NCBI GenBank assembly: GCA_951406725.2
Contig: OX597838.1
Span: 44,702,001-44,766,000, forward strand
DNA: 64,000 bases
Origin: Octopus vulgaris
Taxonomy: Eukaryota
Direction of reading: 5' to 3'
A program made the translations under genes and the position numbers. The notes under the pieces were generated by a model. That model searched no databases, was not told where the DNA came from, and saw only the letters and a program-made list of their open reading frames with translations. Numbering within the stretch: position 1 is the first letter of the stretch; each line of letters begins with the position of its first letter. Positions 13,535 through 29,290 of this stretch are shown piece after piece.

Positions 13535-14299
13535 CGTGTGTGTGTATGTTTGTGTGTGCGTGTGTACGTACATATATGTTTGTATACATATATATATGTG
13601 TGTGTGTGTATATGTATGTCCAAAGACATGAAGCTCCTTTTTGGGGCCTGTCAATGCACACACTCTTTTTCAGATTTTCTTTTAGTAACACAGAAACATC
13701 AAGATAAATAAAATACGCCGCCAGGTTCACAGGAGTTTTATTCACGCATAACAGTTGCTGCCACACAAGCTCTCCTTGCTGTATATAAATATATATTATT
13801 GTGATCTTGGTGTCAGATAGATTTCTGAACCTTCTTTGATTCCAGTCGTTGAAAGGGTTTTAATGATCTTTCGCAGTTCTGTAATCAAAAACTATAATCA
13901 AAGAGATCAAAAGGTAGATTTCTGTTTTTGTATTTCTGGTTTGCTTTTTTGTTTTGTTTTGTATGAAAGGTTTTTTGACGTATGTTGTAGCGATTTCCTA
14001 CTTCTGATACTTAACCTCACTATTTAAACACTGGGTATAGTAGAAATGTTGTTTACTATTTCGCAATAAGCCCCTATGTATCACTCTATGTCCTGCGTTC
14101 AAATTTTGCTATGGGTGGTTATTTCGCTTTCTTCTCCCCAGGACACTAAATTAGCTTCCGTATTGAACTGTCATATGTGAACTTCCCAGTTTGTATATCC
14201 AGCGATGGCTAACTCCCAATGAAAAAGGAGCACTCATCCCGAAACCAGGACAATACTTGAAAAGTATTTATGCTCTGTTCTTGATGGAATATTAAATAT

Positions 14300-14705
14300 G
14301 TAGACTAGCATAAAGTGTTAGACCAAAATGAAACTGAATGCGGAGAATACTGTCCTGAAAAGGAAGAATTTCATAAAAATTTGCCCACACAAATATCTTT
14401 GGTTGGTCACGCAGAAAATGTTACGCGATTACGTAAGGACTCACATATTGCTTAAGTGAGTCAAGAATTATGGTATTAAATACAGAACTTTTGCCTTTTG
14501 GTCCTTACTCTCCTGATATTGGTCCATGTGTTTATCTTCTTTTCAGATCATTGCAACATTATTTTGAGGGAAACAGCTTATTAATTGTAAAGAATTAAAA
14601 AAGGATATTGAATGTTTCTTTGCTTCAAAAACGATCGGTTTTACGCCTGAGGGATCAACAATTTGCCAAATAGAAGGGATTAAGTTACCAATAATGAGGG
14701 CTATA
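14300..14705 (+). mobile_element. Mariner transposase C-terminal relic
   Basis: PYSPDIGPCVYLLFRSLQHYF...KKDIECFFASK...GINNLPNR (YSPDL motif). Confidence 0.8.
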
Positions 14706-15164
14706 AATTAGTTCCGGTATCGATCTCTCATAACCTCTGATCTATATAAATCAATTCTAATTCTTCACAAGAAATATTTGACAGATTTTTCCGCTTAGCA
14801 GATACAAATATTTGACATTTATTGAATAAGCAGCGATAAGTAGAAGATTAATTATAGTTAATACTGTTCATGTCAAGTGCACGAACACGTACAAACACGC
14901 AAACAGACACACATGCAATAATATGACATAAATCTTAACTTCAGGTTACCCTTTTAACGCTAATCTACGAATAAAAACGAACTTTTTACTGATGAGGTCA
15001 GATATCCCTGAGAGTATTGTCAAATGATTTATAAAACTCGATTTTTTCTGGGATTTCTTTTGCAGACTAACGGCTTATTCACGCAGTCTCAGTTTATAAG
15101 ATATTAGTTGAAACTTGGAGTCGCAGTCAGTACGGATTTCACTACACACGAACACACACACATA

Positions 15165-15217
<53 letters not shown>

Positions 15218-15608
15218 CAGGCATGTATTGTGCACACAAATGCCTCCACACAGCTAGGCACATACGTAACATGTATATGCATATGCGCGAAACTCGTAAC
15301 CCTTGAGTCTCTCTGTAACTTCTGCTGAATATTAATATAGATGTATCTGCTATATATAATATGAAACACATATGTATATGTGTGTATGTGTTTATGTATA
15401 TACAATGACATAATATACACGCGCACATACACGCACATACGTACACATACACACACGCAAACACACTGACACAAGCACACATACGTCAATGTATGTATAC
15501 CTAAGTGCATGCAGATGAAACAAGATAATACCAATCAGTTTTCTCATACACTCTCTACACGCTTACGCACAAGCTCACATACACATATTTAGATAGCCAC
15601 GAACACAT

Positions 15609-15639
<31 letters not shown>

Positions 15640-16429
15640 TGCACACACTCATACACACGCACATACACATGAAATCAAACGCACACAAGCACACCCACGC
15701 TCATAGAAACGCTCACGTATCTGCTGCTGAAATACGTTATAAATATGTCATCGTGTTTCTCTCCGGAGTGACTCGAATAATCTCTAGAAAGTTAGTTAAC
15801 CAAATAGAATTAGAATGACAGTTCTTCATAACCAGTCAACACACACAAGCGCGCACACACCAATATATATATATGTGTGTGTGTGTGTATATATATATAT
15901 ATGTATATATATATATGTGTGTGTGTATGCGTCATATATATATATATGTGTACACACACACACATATATGTATATATGTACGTATGTATGTGTGTAAAGA
16001 CGGCCACTTCTCCTTTTTTTATTGTATCTTGGAGTTTCTGTTTTACTCTTTGTCTGTCTTACTATGTACTTCTCTCTCTCTCTCTCACTCTCTCTCTCTC
16101 TCTCTCTGAATCACTCCCTCACTTCTCTGTCGTTAATTACTCTTCCTCTGTTACCGTTTCCTCCTCTCTATTCGTTTTCTCCCCCCCTCTCTCTCTTTCT
16201 CTTTCCGTTTCTTTTTCTTCGCTCTCTTCCTCGCTTCCTTTACTCTGCTCCGTTTTGTTTTTATTTTTTTGCTTATTTTTCTGTCTTATATTCATTTAAC
16301 TTTATGTGTATTTAATTGGTATTTTGCTGAAAATAATTATATTTTCAAGATGAGAACCATTTGATAATTGAATAGAAAATTTAATAAAAAATACAGATAG
16401 ATACAAGTACCTCGTTTTATTTTATTCTA

Positions 16430-17350
16430 ATAACTGTTGCTTTCACAAGCCACTCTTTCTACAACGAAATTATCTTCCTCTAGAAAGCTACTCTTGATGT
16501 AAGAAGATACTATTGCCGAAAAATATGCTAGTTCTATAACCAGATATTTCTCTAACCAAATACTATTACTGTAACAAAAACGTTTTGCCATAGCAACTTA
16601 GTGCTGTAACAAGATAATATTCCTGCATGTGGATACTATTGATGTTGTTAGCTACTATTGTTGTATCAAAGTACTATTGTTATTAGAAGCTTCTTATTTC
16701 TTTATTGCCCACAAGGGGCTAAACATAGAGGAGATAAATAAGGACAGACAAAGGGACTAAGTCGATCACATCGACCTTAGTGCGCAACTGGTACTTAATT
16801 TATCGACTCCGAAAGGATGAATGGCAAAGTCGACCTTGGCGGAATTTGAACTCAGAACGTAGCGGCAGACGAAATACCGCTAAGCATTTCGCGTGTCATG
16901 CTAACGTTTCTGCCAGCTTGCCGTTGTTAGAAGCTTCTGTTACTGTTATGTGTTTCTATCATATTAAAGCAGGTTCTCATACTAGAGAGATCCAATGATG
17001 CTTTGAAAACGATGTTATTGCTGTAACATAACGGTGTCACAGTAACAAAGTAACATCGATGTAACAAGACACTTCACTTAGTGCAACAAACTACGATCGT
17101 TGTAACAAGATATTATCGCGATGGCAATGTGACGCTGTTTTAAGAAATTACTGTTGCAGTAAGGACAAAATATTGCTTAATACAACACTATTACTGTGAC
17201 AAGATACTGTTGTAGCATATTACTATTAGTATCACGTGATACTGATTTGGTTCGCATAAAGCTACTATTTTTGATCAATAAGAAACTCTTTCTCTTAGAA
17301 GATACTATGGCGGTAACAAACTACTACGTTGTAACACAATGCTATTGTGA
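16430..17350. repeat. Degenerate ~19-20-bp minisatellite (consensus ~GATACTATTGCTGTAACAA)
   Basis: Many diverged units containing ACTATT and TGTAACAA. Confidence 0.7.
16683..16938 (-). mobile_element. SINE family A with a 12-bp TSD
   Basis: TTAGAAGCTTCT at 16683-16694 and 16927-16938 flanks the SINE. Confidence 0.85.
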
Positions 17351-17716
17351 TTTAAAAGAATAACTAACTCTGAGCCAGGTCGACCGTATGTATCCCCGGT
17401 TCTGTTGATGGATGATTGCGTTGTACTGTTGTTGTTTTTTATCGGAGGTGACACTTAATGGTAAATTATCAGAACCGTGTGGCACCATGCACTTGTTGCA
17501 TCATGTTTGCTCCTCACATAGCTTCTGTATATTTTTGTACTTTGAAACTTTGCTAGAGATACTGGAGGTATTGTGTGGCATAGCGCTTGAGCTGAGACGT
17601 AAAATGAACGGATGAATGTATCGGCATGTCCGCATTACGTAACATGAGCCCAGATAAAATTCTTAGAAATCTTTCCTCTACCTTAATCAGCGTTCTATTG
17701 CATTCACTTTATTTTA

Positions 17717-17865
17717 TTAAACGAAACCTGTGTTCTTAAAAGTAACCTGCACTACTAAACGAAACGTGCTCTTAAAAAAAACTTTGCCCGTTAAACGGAT
17801 GAGTCAAAACAAAATATGTTCTGTCAAGCGAAACCTGCTCTATAAAACGAAACCTGCTCTATTAA
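17717..17865. repeat. Degenerate ~19-bp minisatellite (AAACGAAACCTGCTCTATT-like)
   Basis: Several imperfect tandem units. Confidence 0.6.
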
Positions 17866-18606
17866 ATATTTGGCATATAAAACCGTACTCATTTCCTGAA
17901 TTGTAACGGACTACTAATTATCTTCGCTGCCAATTAGCTTGTGCTTATGGTGGCATTAGCCAGATTTTTGTTGTTTATAAGAATAACGTTTAGAAAAAAA
18001 ATAGACAAACAAGCAATCTCCAGCAATCCAACGTTTCCCTACATAATATTCTGCACTTAAAGCAATATATCAAACTTCAGGTATATTGCCAATTATTTAA
18101 ATGTTTCATTAAGATAAATACCTCTCCCTCTTTCTCTCCCTCTCTCTCCCTTTCTCTCCCTCTACCCGCTCTCTCTCTCTCTCTCTTTCTCTCCCTCCCC
18201 CCTATCTCTCTCTCTCTCACTGCATGTATCTTTTTTTTTTATCTCTCACTAGCTTTCTGTCGTTCTCTCTTCGTCTTTCACTATTTCTCCTTACTTTCGA
18301 TTCATTTATTAGCATTTCTTTTGTATTTCTTTAAACAAGCAACAATATTAACGTTTCTGATATTTCATGTTCAATAGAAAATTCTTAAACACAATCTTAA
18401 ACAAACACTGTCATGAAATTCCTCCTGATTAATAGGAAATTTAAATTCCTTCATCTCTCGAGAGAACCAACATGAGACAGACATTATCTTTTCTTTCGTT
18501 ACTTTAATTATTTTTCTGTTTTGTATTATGTGACTGTTACAATTTAATACTCTTTCACATCACACTGGAACGCAACACGCCTATACACATACATATATAC
18601 CCACTG

Positions 18607-18653
<47 letters not shown>

Positions 18654-18687
18654 AATCTATCTATCTATCTATCTCTTTCTCTCTTTT

Positions 18688-18769
<82 letters not shown>

Positions 18770-18876
18770 GGAGTAAACACATAAATGTGAAACAAGGTGG
18801 AAAAAAGAGTACTCAAATACTAGTGGTAGAGTAATATGCTTTATTTAAATTAAAGCAGCAGAAAATTCAACAAAAC

Positions 18877-18914
18877 CTGTTACTCTGAGTTTCACGTTCC
18901 CGTTCGTCGGACAG
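18877..18914 (-). ncRNA. Minimal type I hammerhead motif (left arm of hairpin)
   Basis: Exact reverse complement of 18940-18977. Confidence 0.7.
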
Positions 18915-18939
18915 TTTTTGCTAGAAATTCTAGCAAAAA

Positions 18940-18977
18940 CTGTCCGACGAACGGGAACGTGAAACTCAGAGTAACAG
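18940..18977 (+). ncRNA. Minimal type I hammerhead motif, CCGACGA core
   Basis: CTGT-CCGACGA-ACG(GGAA)CGT-GAA-ACTC(A)GAGT-A|ACAG; all three stems pair. Confidence 0.75.
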
Positions 18978-19010
18978 GTTTTGTTCAATTTTTCTACTGC
19001 TTTAAATAAA

Positions 19011-19088
<78 letters not shown>

Positions 19089-19397
19089 ATATATATTCTG
19101 TTATTCTTTCATTCTTTTATGGAGTTCAGTCATTTGACTGCGGCCATGCTAGAGCACTGCCTTTAGTCGAACAAATCGACCCTAGGACTTATTCTTTGCA
19201 AGCCTAATACTTATTCTATCCGTCTCTTTTGACGAACCACTAATGTTACAGGGACGTAAACATACCAACATCGGTTGTGAAGCGATGGGAGGGGGACAAA
19301 TACAAATACACACACACATATATATATATGCATGTTTGGGTGAGTATTAAAGTAGCAAACACAAACACGCACAACATATATATATATATTATAAAAT

Positions 19398-19498
<101 letters not shown>

Positions 19499-20095
19499 CG
19501 TTATATGTAACTTAACATGTTAACAACTAAAAAATATCCCAACAGGAAAATCATTCAAAAATTGGAAACATAAAATTGGCATTATGTTATGTTGTTGTCG
19601 TTGCTGTTGTTGTTGTTTTGCCGTGGTTTAGCTCTCGCTCAGCCATAATTAAATGACCATATTATTAGAAGGATCGCCTTATCAATTATGTGTTACTTGT
19701 TTTAATGTAACCAATCTTCTTTTGGGGTGTTTAAACTGTATTTTGGAAGAGAAATATAAGGATAAAACTGTCGTATGTTAGTTACTTTGACAGTGACCGA
19801 ACGGTGGAGCTCTGACACAGAGATAATGCCGTTCATGCGTTTCCAACGCCTGGTTTTCAAGGAGTCAGAGGGTCGAGTGTCCAACAGTTTAAACTTGGCA
19901 GACTTTGCTCTTCCCCAGATATGAACATATTCTGTTTCTACCTGACAGATGGAGGGATGGGGTAGAAAAGCGAAAATGAAAATTAAAAAAGGTGATGAAA
20001 AGGAGGAAGAGGAGGGGGAGGAGGAGAGGGGGGTTGACGGTAATGATAATGATGGTAATGGGGGAGTGGAAAAGGGGAATGACGTTGAAAATATT

Positions 20096-20250
20096 GATGA
20101 TGATGATGATGATGATGATGACGATGATGACGATGATGACGATGATGATGATAAAGAAGAAGAAGAAGAAGAAGAAGAAGAAGAAGAAGAAGAAGAAGAA
20201 GAAGAAGAAGAAGAAGAAGAAGAAGGAGGAGGAGGAGGAGGAGGAGAAGG
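20096..20250. repeat. Compound (GAT)n(GAA)n(GGA)n microsatellite
   Basis: Direct reading; explains the poly-D/E/G ORFs. Confidence 0.95.
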
Positions 20251-21269
20251 ATCGATCTCATTAGTAGACTGGAGTTTGCACTAATACTCTACTGACTAAA
20301 GTTTACACCGGGGAAAGATTTGAACACGGGATTCTTAGAGAAAGTCAGAACGGATATCATGCCGACACTGCTTTCGACCCTTCAACGAACTCCAATAACA
20401 GTGGAATTAATTAGTTTTTCATTAGGTTGCTGTACTGAATTCGTGTAATTCTATATAACTTTAGAGGAATGTAAAGCATCCAATACTTATTTTCAGATCA
20501 AAGTAAACAATTGATACGGTCGGACTTTTTATTGATTTTGTGTGTTACATGTGAAACACATTATACAGACACAAAGTAGTTTTTGAGGCAGCCTACTACT
20601 ATTCGGCAGTAAATGCTTTTTTCTGGTAAAAAGCAAAAAATATCCCAAGGCCTTCTGGACGACTATAAATGAGCAACTTAGTTCTACTCTTATGTGAAAC
20701 TCATTATACCCAGACAAAGCAGTTTTTCTTCCAAGCGTACTATTCCGCAGTCAATATTTTTCTTATTGAATGACAAGATAATCCATGAGTTTCTGTTTAT
20801 TATAAGTAAACTGTCAAAGGTATTTATAATAGTCAACGTAATATTAGTTGACTACACGTAGCAAACATTATCTTTCCTCTTACCTATTTCAGTCAGTGGA
20901 CCTCGGTGATTTTGAGACTTCATCTAGAAGGTTTTAATCGGAAAAAAAATCAGTGCCTATCTTCTTAACCGTGGCACTCATTTTATCTGGTGTTTTTTGC
21001 CGAACCACTAAGTCACGCAAACAAACCGACACCGGTGGTGAGGGACAAAATCACCACAGACAAACTAACAAACACAAACACAGGCACGTGCACACACGCA
21101 CCTACACACATAGGTTTAATCACACACACTTATTGAGCCTCTTTCGGTTTACGTCTACCAAATTCACTCACAAAACTTTGGTTCCCGGAGTTATAGCCGA
21201 AGACACTTGGCTAAGGTGCCACGTAGCTGGACAGAAATGGAACCATGTTACGGAAATAATCTTTGTTAG

Positions 21270-21365
21270 AATACCAAAACAGAAGCAACATTATTCTACC
21301 ATTCTTGTTTATGTCACTGACATTTTCTCAAGTCATTGCTTTCTCTTTTAGAGCGACTTATGAAG
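21270..21365 (+). CDS. Candidate signal-peptide-like exon (phase 1-1, 96 nt, no stops)
   Basis: CTTTGTTAG| and G|GTAATT; YQNRSNIILPFLFMSLTFSQVIAFSFRATYE. Confidence 0.3.
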
Positions 21366-22890
21366 GTAATTGTACACACCACTTCTGTTATTGAAATGTT
21401 CAGCCTAATCGCTAAACATTAGTCGAAACATCTCACGTACGTTTATTTAATTAACTTATCTCTCAAACGAATGATGTCGCTTGACATAGTCTTGTCCCTT
21501 GTTAACAATTCTTATTTTACTCATCAAATGGACTCTTTTCCATTGATGTGAAGGAAACTGAGCTAAAGGTGAATGAAATCCAAGTATCATTCTAATCACT
21601 ATCCATTGTCAGAAGTCAAACGCCGTTATTGACTTAATATAGGTTTATCAGTATTTTATATACGTCAGTAAATATATTCCAGCACTATATTGCTTATTGG
21701 CATTGCATTTAAAAATAATGATAAACGAACGATATTCACAGATTAAATAATAATTTTTTTGTCTTTGTTGAGTGGGTTCTTTTTTTGCTTGTTTGAAAAA
21801 TTACCCATATCCTATATGTTTTATTGCTATAGACTATAAAATTTCCATATCTTATCAGTAAGCTATCAATTTATTTGCTAAATTTGTTACTGTAAATACG
21901 GTTTTATATCAGCTTATGTTATTCGTATTACCTCGAATAAATGAGTTTTTTTTCTATTCGTTGCATAACGTTGCTGTATGGAGCTCATTTTCCTTTGATA
22001 TTTTTATAGTTATTTGCATTACACGCACGCATGGGTATATATGTATATGTATGTTTATGTTTCTTTTTGTGGGGTTGTGTCTCTATGTACTGGAGTGGAA
22101 GTAAAGTAGTGTAGGCGCATGGTTTAGTTGTTCAGAGATGATCATAAAGTTATGAGTTTAAATCCTTAAACAGCACGTGCCTCGTGTCCTTGAGCAAGGC
22201 CCTTCATTTTACGTTTCACGGATTTACAGTTTACTCAATTGAAAATGCCCTCTCTGTGCATATCTCCTTCTATCTTTCCCTCCCTCTATCCCTTCTTCCC
22301 TTCTCTCTCTATCTCTTTATCTGTCACATGCTGGATATGCCGCTGGTTTAAAGGTGGGAAAATCGAAAGAGCGTCTGTGTCTGCTCTCAACTTTTGAGTC
22401 AACTAAAACAAGTGGCGCAAACACGGTACACTTCAGTAAGTCATATTCATTCGTGGTTGGCAGCTGAGATTGTAAAATAAATCCTTAAACTTAGCTTTCG
22501 GCGATTAGTGTTTCACTTGCTTGAGCAACTGAATCCCCTACATTAACCTATAAGGAGCTAAGCAGTCCCTAGGAACGTGTACCCTTAACATAATCCTCAG
22601 GCAGAATACAATCTTTGGGGCGGGATTCCACCCAAGTTTTGCCTCCCAATTTGCCAGTTCAGTTTTGGGTCGACTTGAATCTATTCGTTAGAGGACATTT
22701 GACTAAAATGACATATAGGGCTTCAACGATGGCTAACAAGACTTTCTCAACTAATGAAACACGCCTTCGCCTTGAATGTGTGTACGTTGTGTTTAAGAAT
22801 TGGTTAAACAAGCTAGAAACACCAACGGATTGCGTGGTTTTTGTGGTTTCCTATTTGTGGATTCATCAGTAGCGTAAGAGCTGTATCCAG

Positions 22891-23035
22891 AAGATTTTAC
22901 TGAGGTGCTGAGGCCATGACTATAGAGATAGTGGAATTTATTCCAGCTTGGAAACTGGGCCTGCATGCTTGCATATGAATTGTCTTTAAAGTTATCCGAT
23001 AATAAGACTGTGCCTTTAAAAAAGAGGATGAGTTG
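22891..23035 (+). pseudogene. Candidate decayed transmembrane exon
   Basis: CAG| and TTG|GTAAGC; AEAMTIEIVEFIPAWKLGLHACI*IVFKVIR**DCAFKK. Confidence 0.3.
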
Positions 23036-23423
23036 GTAAGCTACCCACCGAAGAACAGTTCATCCAGCGAGACTCAGTACAGTTGTGCTAAAAGAATCTT
23101 TTCTAAGTTGACAGACAGTTGGTTTGTATTCGATCAATAGTGATCGATATATAGCAGAATGGATTAATTAATTATTTAATTAAAGCCATCACAAACATTA
23201 ATACTTCAGCGTGGATACATTCCCATGCTTAAAACGAAAGAATTATTTCTGATTTACTTACAAGACTGTCAACCCTAGTCTTTACCTGTCATTTCATTGA
23301 CCTCGAAAGGATAACAGGCATTGTTGTGCTTGGTGGGATTTGAACTCAGAATGTAAACAGTCGGAATAAGTACCGTAAAGCATTTATTCCAAGCTGCAAC
23401 GATCGCGCTCGTTCGTCGATTCA

Positions 23424-23951
<528 letters not shown>

Positions 23952-24595
23952 GAAAAATAAAAGACAACACAGCTTTAAAATTATTTCAATTGCAAAATAT
24001 ATTGAATGGGAGTGAAGGCTGAGGTAAGAAGTTTGTTTCCCAACTAGATCGTTCCAGTTTTAGTCACACTGCAATTCAACTTGAACAAGTATATTCTACT
24101 ATGACCATGAGCCAACCAAAACCTTCTGGGTTGAGTTGGTAGATAGAAACCGAAAGAAGCTTGCTGTGTGTGTGTGACGACTGTTTCACAAGCGGTGGTG
24201 ATGAGCTTCCATCTCCGTAACACGGCGGTTTGCCAAAAAGACAATAATAGAATAATTACTGGGGTCGATACGTTCTTGTAAAATTCTTCAGGGTGGTGCC
24301 CCAGCTTGGCCGCAGTCTAATAACTGAAACAAATAAAAGATAAACAGAAACATAACTATATAAATACCTATCCTGTTGAGTTTGTAAAAGAATACAAAAC
24401 AAATACCGAAGCAACACTGAGTAAAACTACAGATTTTAGCGAACACTGTCTGGCAGAAACCGATGTCAATATTGTAGCTTTGGAACTTCGAAGCAAAAGC
24501 TGCAAAACAAACAAGAGCTATTTTCGCATCTGTTGATCCAGTTATTTACCTTCGTGAAGTGTTGCGTCAATGCCAATCTTCATCAATTGCTGTGC

Positions 24596-26097
<1,502 letters not shown>

Positions 26098-26833
26098 GTG
26101 CAGTCTTCTAGCGCCTACAGAGTATCTCAACAGGCACGATAGAGCTGCACAATATATTCACTGGGTAATCTGTAAAAACCTGGATTTGCCCCATGAAAAA
26201 AACTGGTGGGAACACAAACCACCCCCAGTGCTTGAAAATGACCACATCTCATTCCTCTGGAACTTCACCATTCAAACTGACAGGAAGATAGATGCAAATA
26301 GGCCAGACATCATATTGAAAGACTTCAAACAAAGAACATGCCTCCTCATTGATATGACTGTCCCAATCGATATAAACGTATCTGTCAGGACCTACCAAAA
26401 ACTGAGCAAATATAAAGATCTTGAAATAGAAATCAGCAAAATGTGGAAGCTGAAGACTAAAACAATACCTGTTGTCATAGGTGCCCTGGGAATGATAGCA
26501 AAAGGGGCTGATAGCTACCTAACTCAGATACCAGGAAACCCAAAAATGGCAGAAGTTCAAAAGATAGTGCTCATGGGAACTGCTCATATCCTACGCAAAA
26601 TACTCTCCATGTAACCTCAAGGTTTAAAACAACCATAATTTTCGGTTTAAAAAAAAAAAAAAAAAAAAAAACTTTTTTTTTTAGACATTCATTAGTACAA
26701 CATCCCCACCCCCAAATATATGGCACACTAGGCATAACAACAACATGAACTTCCAACCCTGTTGTCTCTTGAGGTCTCTGGGTGAGACTTGGATCCAACT
26801 TGTACAAATATAAAGCAAAAGTCAAACATAGAA
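26098..26833 (+). mobile_element. Second copy of the same R4/Dong-type family, inverted relative to the first
   Basis: YLNRHDRAAQYIHW...RPDIILKDF...KLSKYKDLE; flanked by (AAT)n. Confidence 0.9.
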
Positions 26834-26873
26834 TAATAATAATAATAATAATTATTATTATTATTATTATTAC

Positions 26874-26912
<39 letters not shown>

Positions 26913-26920
26913 TATTATCA

Positions 26921-26982
<62 letters not shown>

Positions 26983-27112
26983 ATTATTAATATTGTCATT
27001 GTCATTATTATTATTATTATTATTAATATTGTTATTATTATTATTATTATTATTAATATTGTCATTGTCATTATTATTATTATTATTATTATCATTATTA
27101 ATATTGTCATTG

Positions 27113-27152
<40 letters not shown>

Positions 27153-27211
27153 CATTATTATTATTATTATTAAATAATAGATATCATCATCATCATTATT
27201 ATTATTATTAT

Positions 27212-27560
27212 TCAGTAGTTTTATTTTTATAGCCTGCTTTCACTTCACTACCGAGCACAGCTCTGTGTGCCTTGGGTATGTGCTGTGATTTGTTGTGATG
27301 CTCTGATGGTTATTGTATGGAAAGTGTTCTGCGTAGGATGTGTGTAGTGCCTAGTAGTGCAATTTTCTGTATGCTATATGTGTTTGTAAGTCCTGGTGTT
27401 TTTGTTATGTATTTGTCTGAATATTTTTTTATCATGCCTAATGCACCTACTATGATAGGAATTGTTTCTGTTTTTAGATTCCACATTCTGGTTACCTCTA
27501 TTTCCAGGTCATTGTATTTTGAGAGTTTCTCCATTTCTTTTAGAGACACGTTGTCTCTAA
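27212..27560 (-). mobile_element. 3' fragment of a second R4/Dong-type family
   Basis: EKLSKYNDLEIEVTRMWNLKTETIPIIVGALG; lies in a TAA array. Confidence 0.85.
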
Positions 27561-27622
<62 letters not shown>

Positions 27623-27623
<1 letters not shown>

Positions 27624-27971
27624 CAGTAGTTTTATTTTTATAGCCTGCTTTCACTTCACTACCGAGCACAGCTCTGTGTGCCTTGGGTATGTGCTGTGAT
27701 TTGTTGTGATGCTCTGATGGTTATTGTATGGAAAGTGTTCTGCGTAGGATGTGTGTAGTGCCTAGTAGTGCAATTTTCTGTATGCTATATGTGTTTGTAA
27801 GTCCTGGTGTTTTTGTTATGTATTTGTCTGAATATTTTTTTATCATGCCTAATGCACCTACTATGATAGGAATTGTTTCTGTTTTTAGATTCCACATTCT
27901 GGTTACCTCTATTTCCAGGTCATTGTATTTTGAGAGTTTCTCCATTTCTTTTAGAGACACGTTGTCTCTAA
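27623..27971 (-). mobile_element. Tandem duplicate of 27212-27560
   Basis: Apparently identical sequence and identical end points, offset 411 bp. Confidence 0.9.
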
Positions 27972-28053
<82 letters not shown>

Positions 28054-29170
28054 GAGTGAAAGAGGCAGTGTATCCCATCAAAGTGACACTGGGGTAAAAT
28101 ATACGAAGCCCAGTATACCCATTATGATTACTCGTACACCAAACACATGCATCACAACCATATGTGCGGAACATGGTGATTTCATATCAAGATAAACAGC
28201 ACATGACCTTGCAGGTGGGGCCCAGTTAGAAATGTATTCAGGTCGAGCAGCCCACCCTGCTCAAAAGGTCCCTGAATAAGGGTTGTTTAAGGATGTAGAA
28301 CGAACCACCCATGTTTCCAAAGGTGAATTATCAAAACCTCCAAGAATTCCTTTCAACACGCGGTTATAATGCTTCCCCCCTACTTCTGCTCGTGGTCAGA
28401 GATGCACATATCGTCAGCCACTAAGGGACATGCTCAACTGGTTAAGGTCAAACAACTGACAAGCACATCTGTGGTATTGAGCAGAATATTTGCTGCAGCC
28501 CATCTTTTGTACCAAGACAAAAAAATGTACATGATAGCACTTCCAATCAGTTAAGATCAGAAGTCATGAGAGCCACTGCCTGGTACTGCATCAGGGCTTT
28601 GATTACTGCAGCAGGGCATATGGCGGGTGAAAGAGCAGTGCATGCCATCAAAGTGACACTGGGGTAAAATATACGAAGCCCAGTATACCCATCATGATTA
28701 CTCGTACACCAGGCACATGCATCACAACCATATGGGCGCAACATGGTGATCTCATATCAAGATAAACAGCGCATGAACTTGCAGGTGGGGCCCAGTTAGA
28801 AATGTCTTCATGTCGAGCAGCCCATCCCGCTCAAAAGGTCCCCGAATAAGTGTTATTTGAGGATGTTGAACCAAGCACCCATGTTTCCAAGGGTGAATCT
28901 CTCCAAACCCCAAAGAATTCCTCTCAACACATGGCTATGATGCTCCCCAACTACCTCTGCTCGTGATCAGAGATGCACATATCGTCTGCCACTAAGGGAC
29001 ATGTTCAACTGGTTAAGGTCAAACAACTGACAAGGACATCTGTGGTATTGAGCAGAATATTCTCTGTAGCCCATCTTTTATACTAAGACAAAACAATATA
29101 CATGATAACAATCCCAGTCAGTTAAGATCAGAAGCCATGAGAGCTACTGCCTGGTACTGTATCAGGGCAT
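28054..29170 (-). mobile_element. Two tandem ~545-bp copies (28054-28597, 28625-29170) of a non-coding interspersed element
   Basis: Colinear diverged copies between (ATT)n and (CTT)n; no recognisable ORF; strand inferred from the (AAT)n tail. Confidence 0.7.
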
Positions 29171-29259
29171 TTCTTCTTCTTCTTCTTCTTCTTCTTCTTC
29201 TTCTTCTTCTTCTTCTTCTTCTTCTTCTTCTTCTTCTTCTTCTTCTTCTTCTTCTTCTT

Positions 29260-29290
<31 letters not shown>

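Noticed and set aside
14985-15025. CTGATGAGG...CCTGAGAGTATTGTC as a hammerhead
   Set aside because: No GAAA and no stem III pairing; at most a heavily decayed copy
16430-17865. CRISPR-like array
   Set aside because: Eukaryotic context, degenerate units, no unique spacers and no cas genes
19949-20284. Acidic D/E-rich ORF
   Set aside because: Compound trinucleotide microsatellite that is open in several frames
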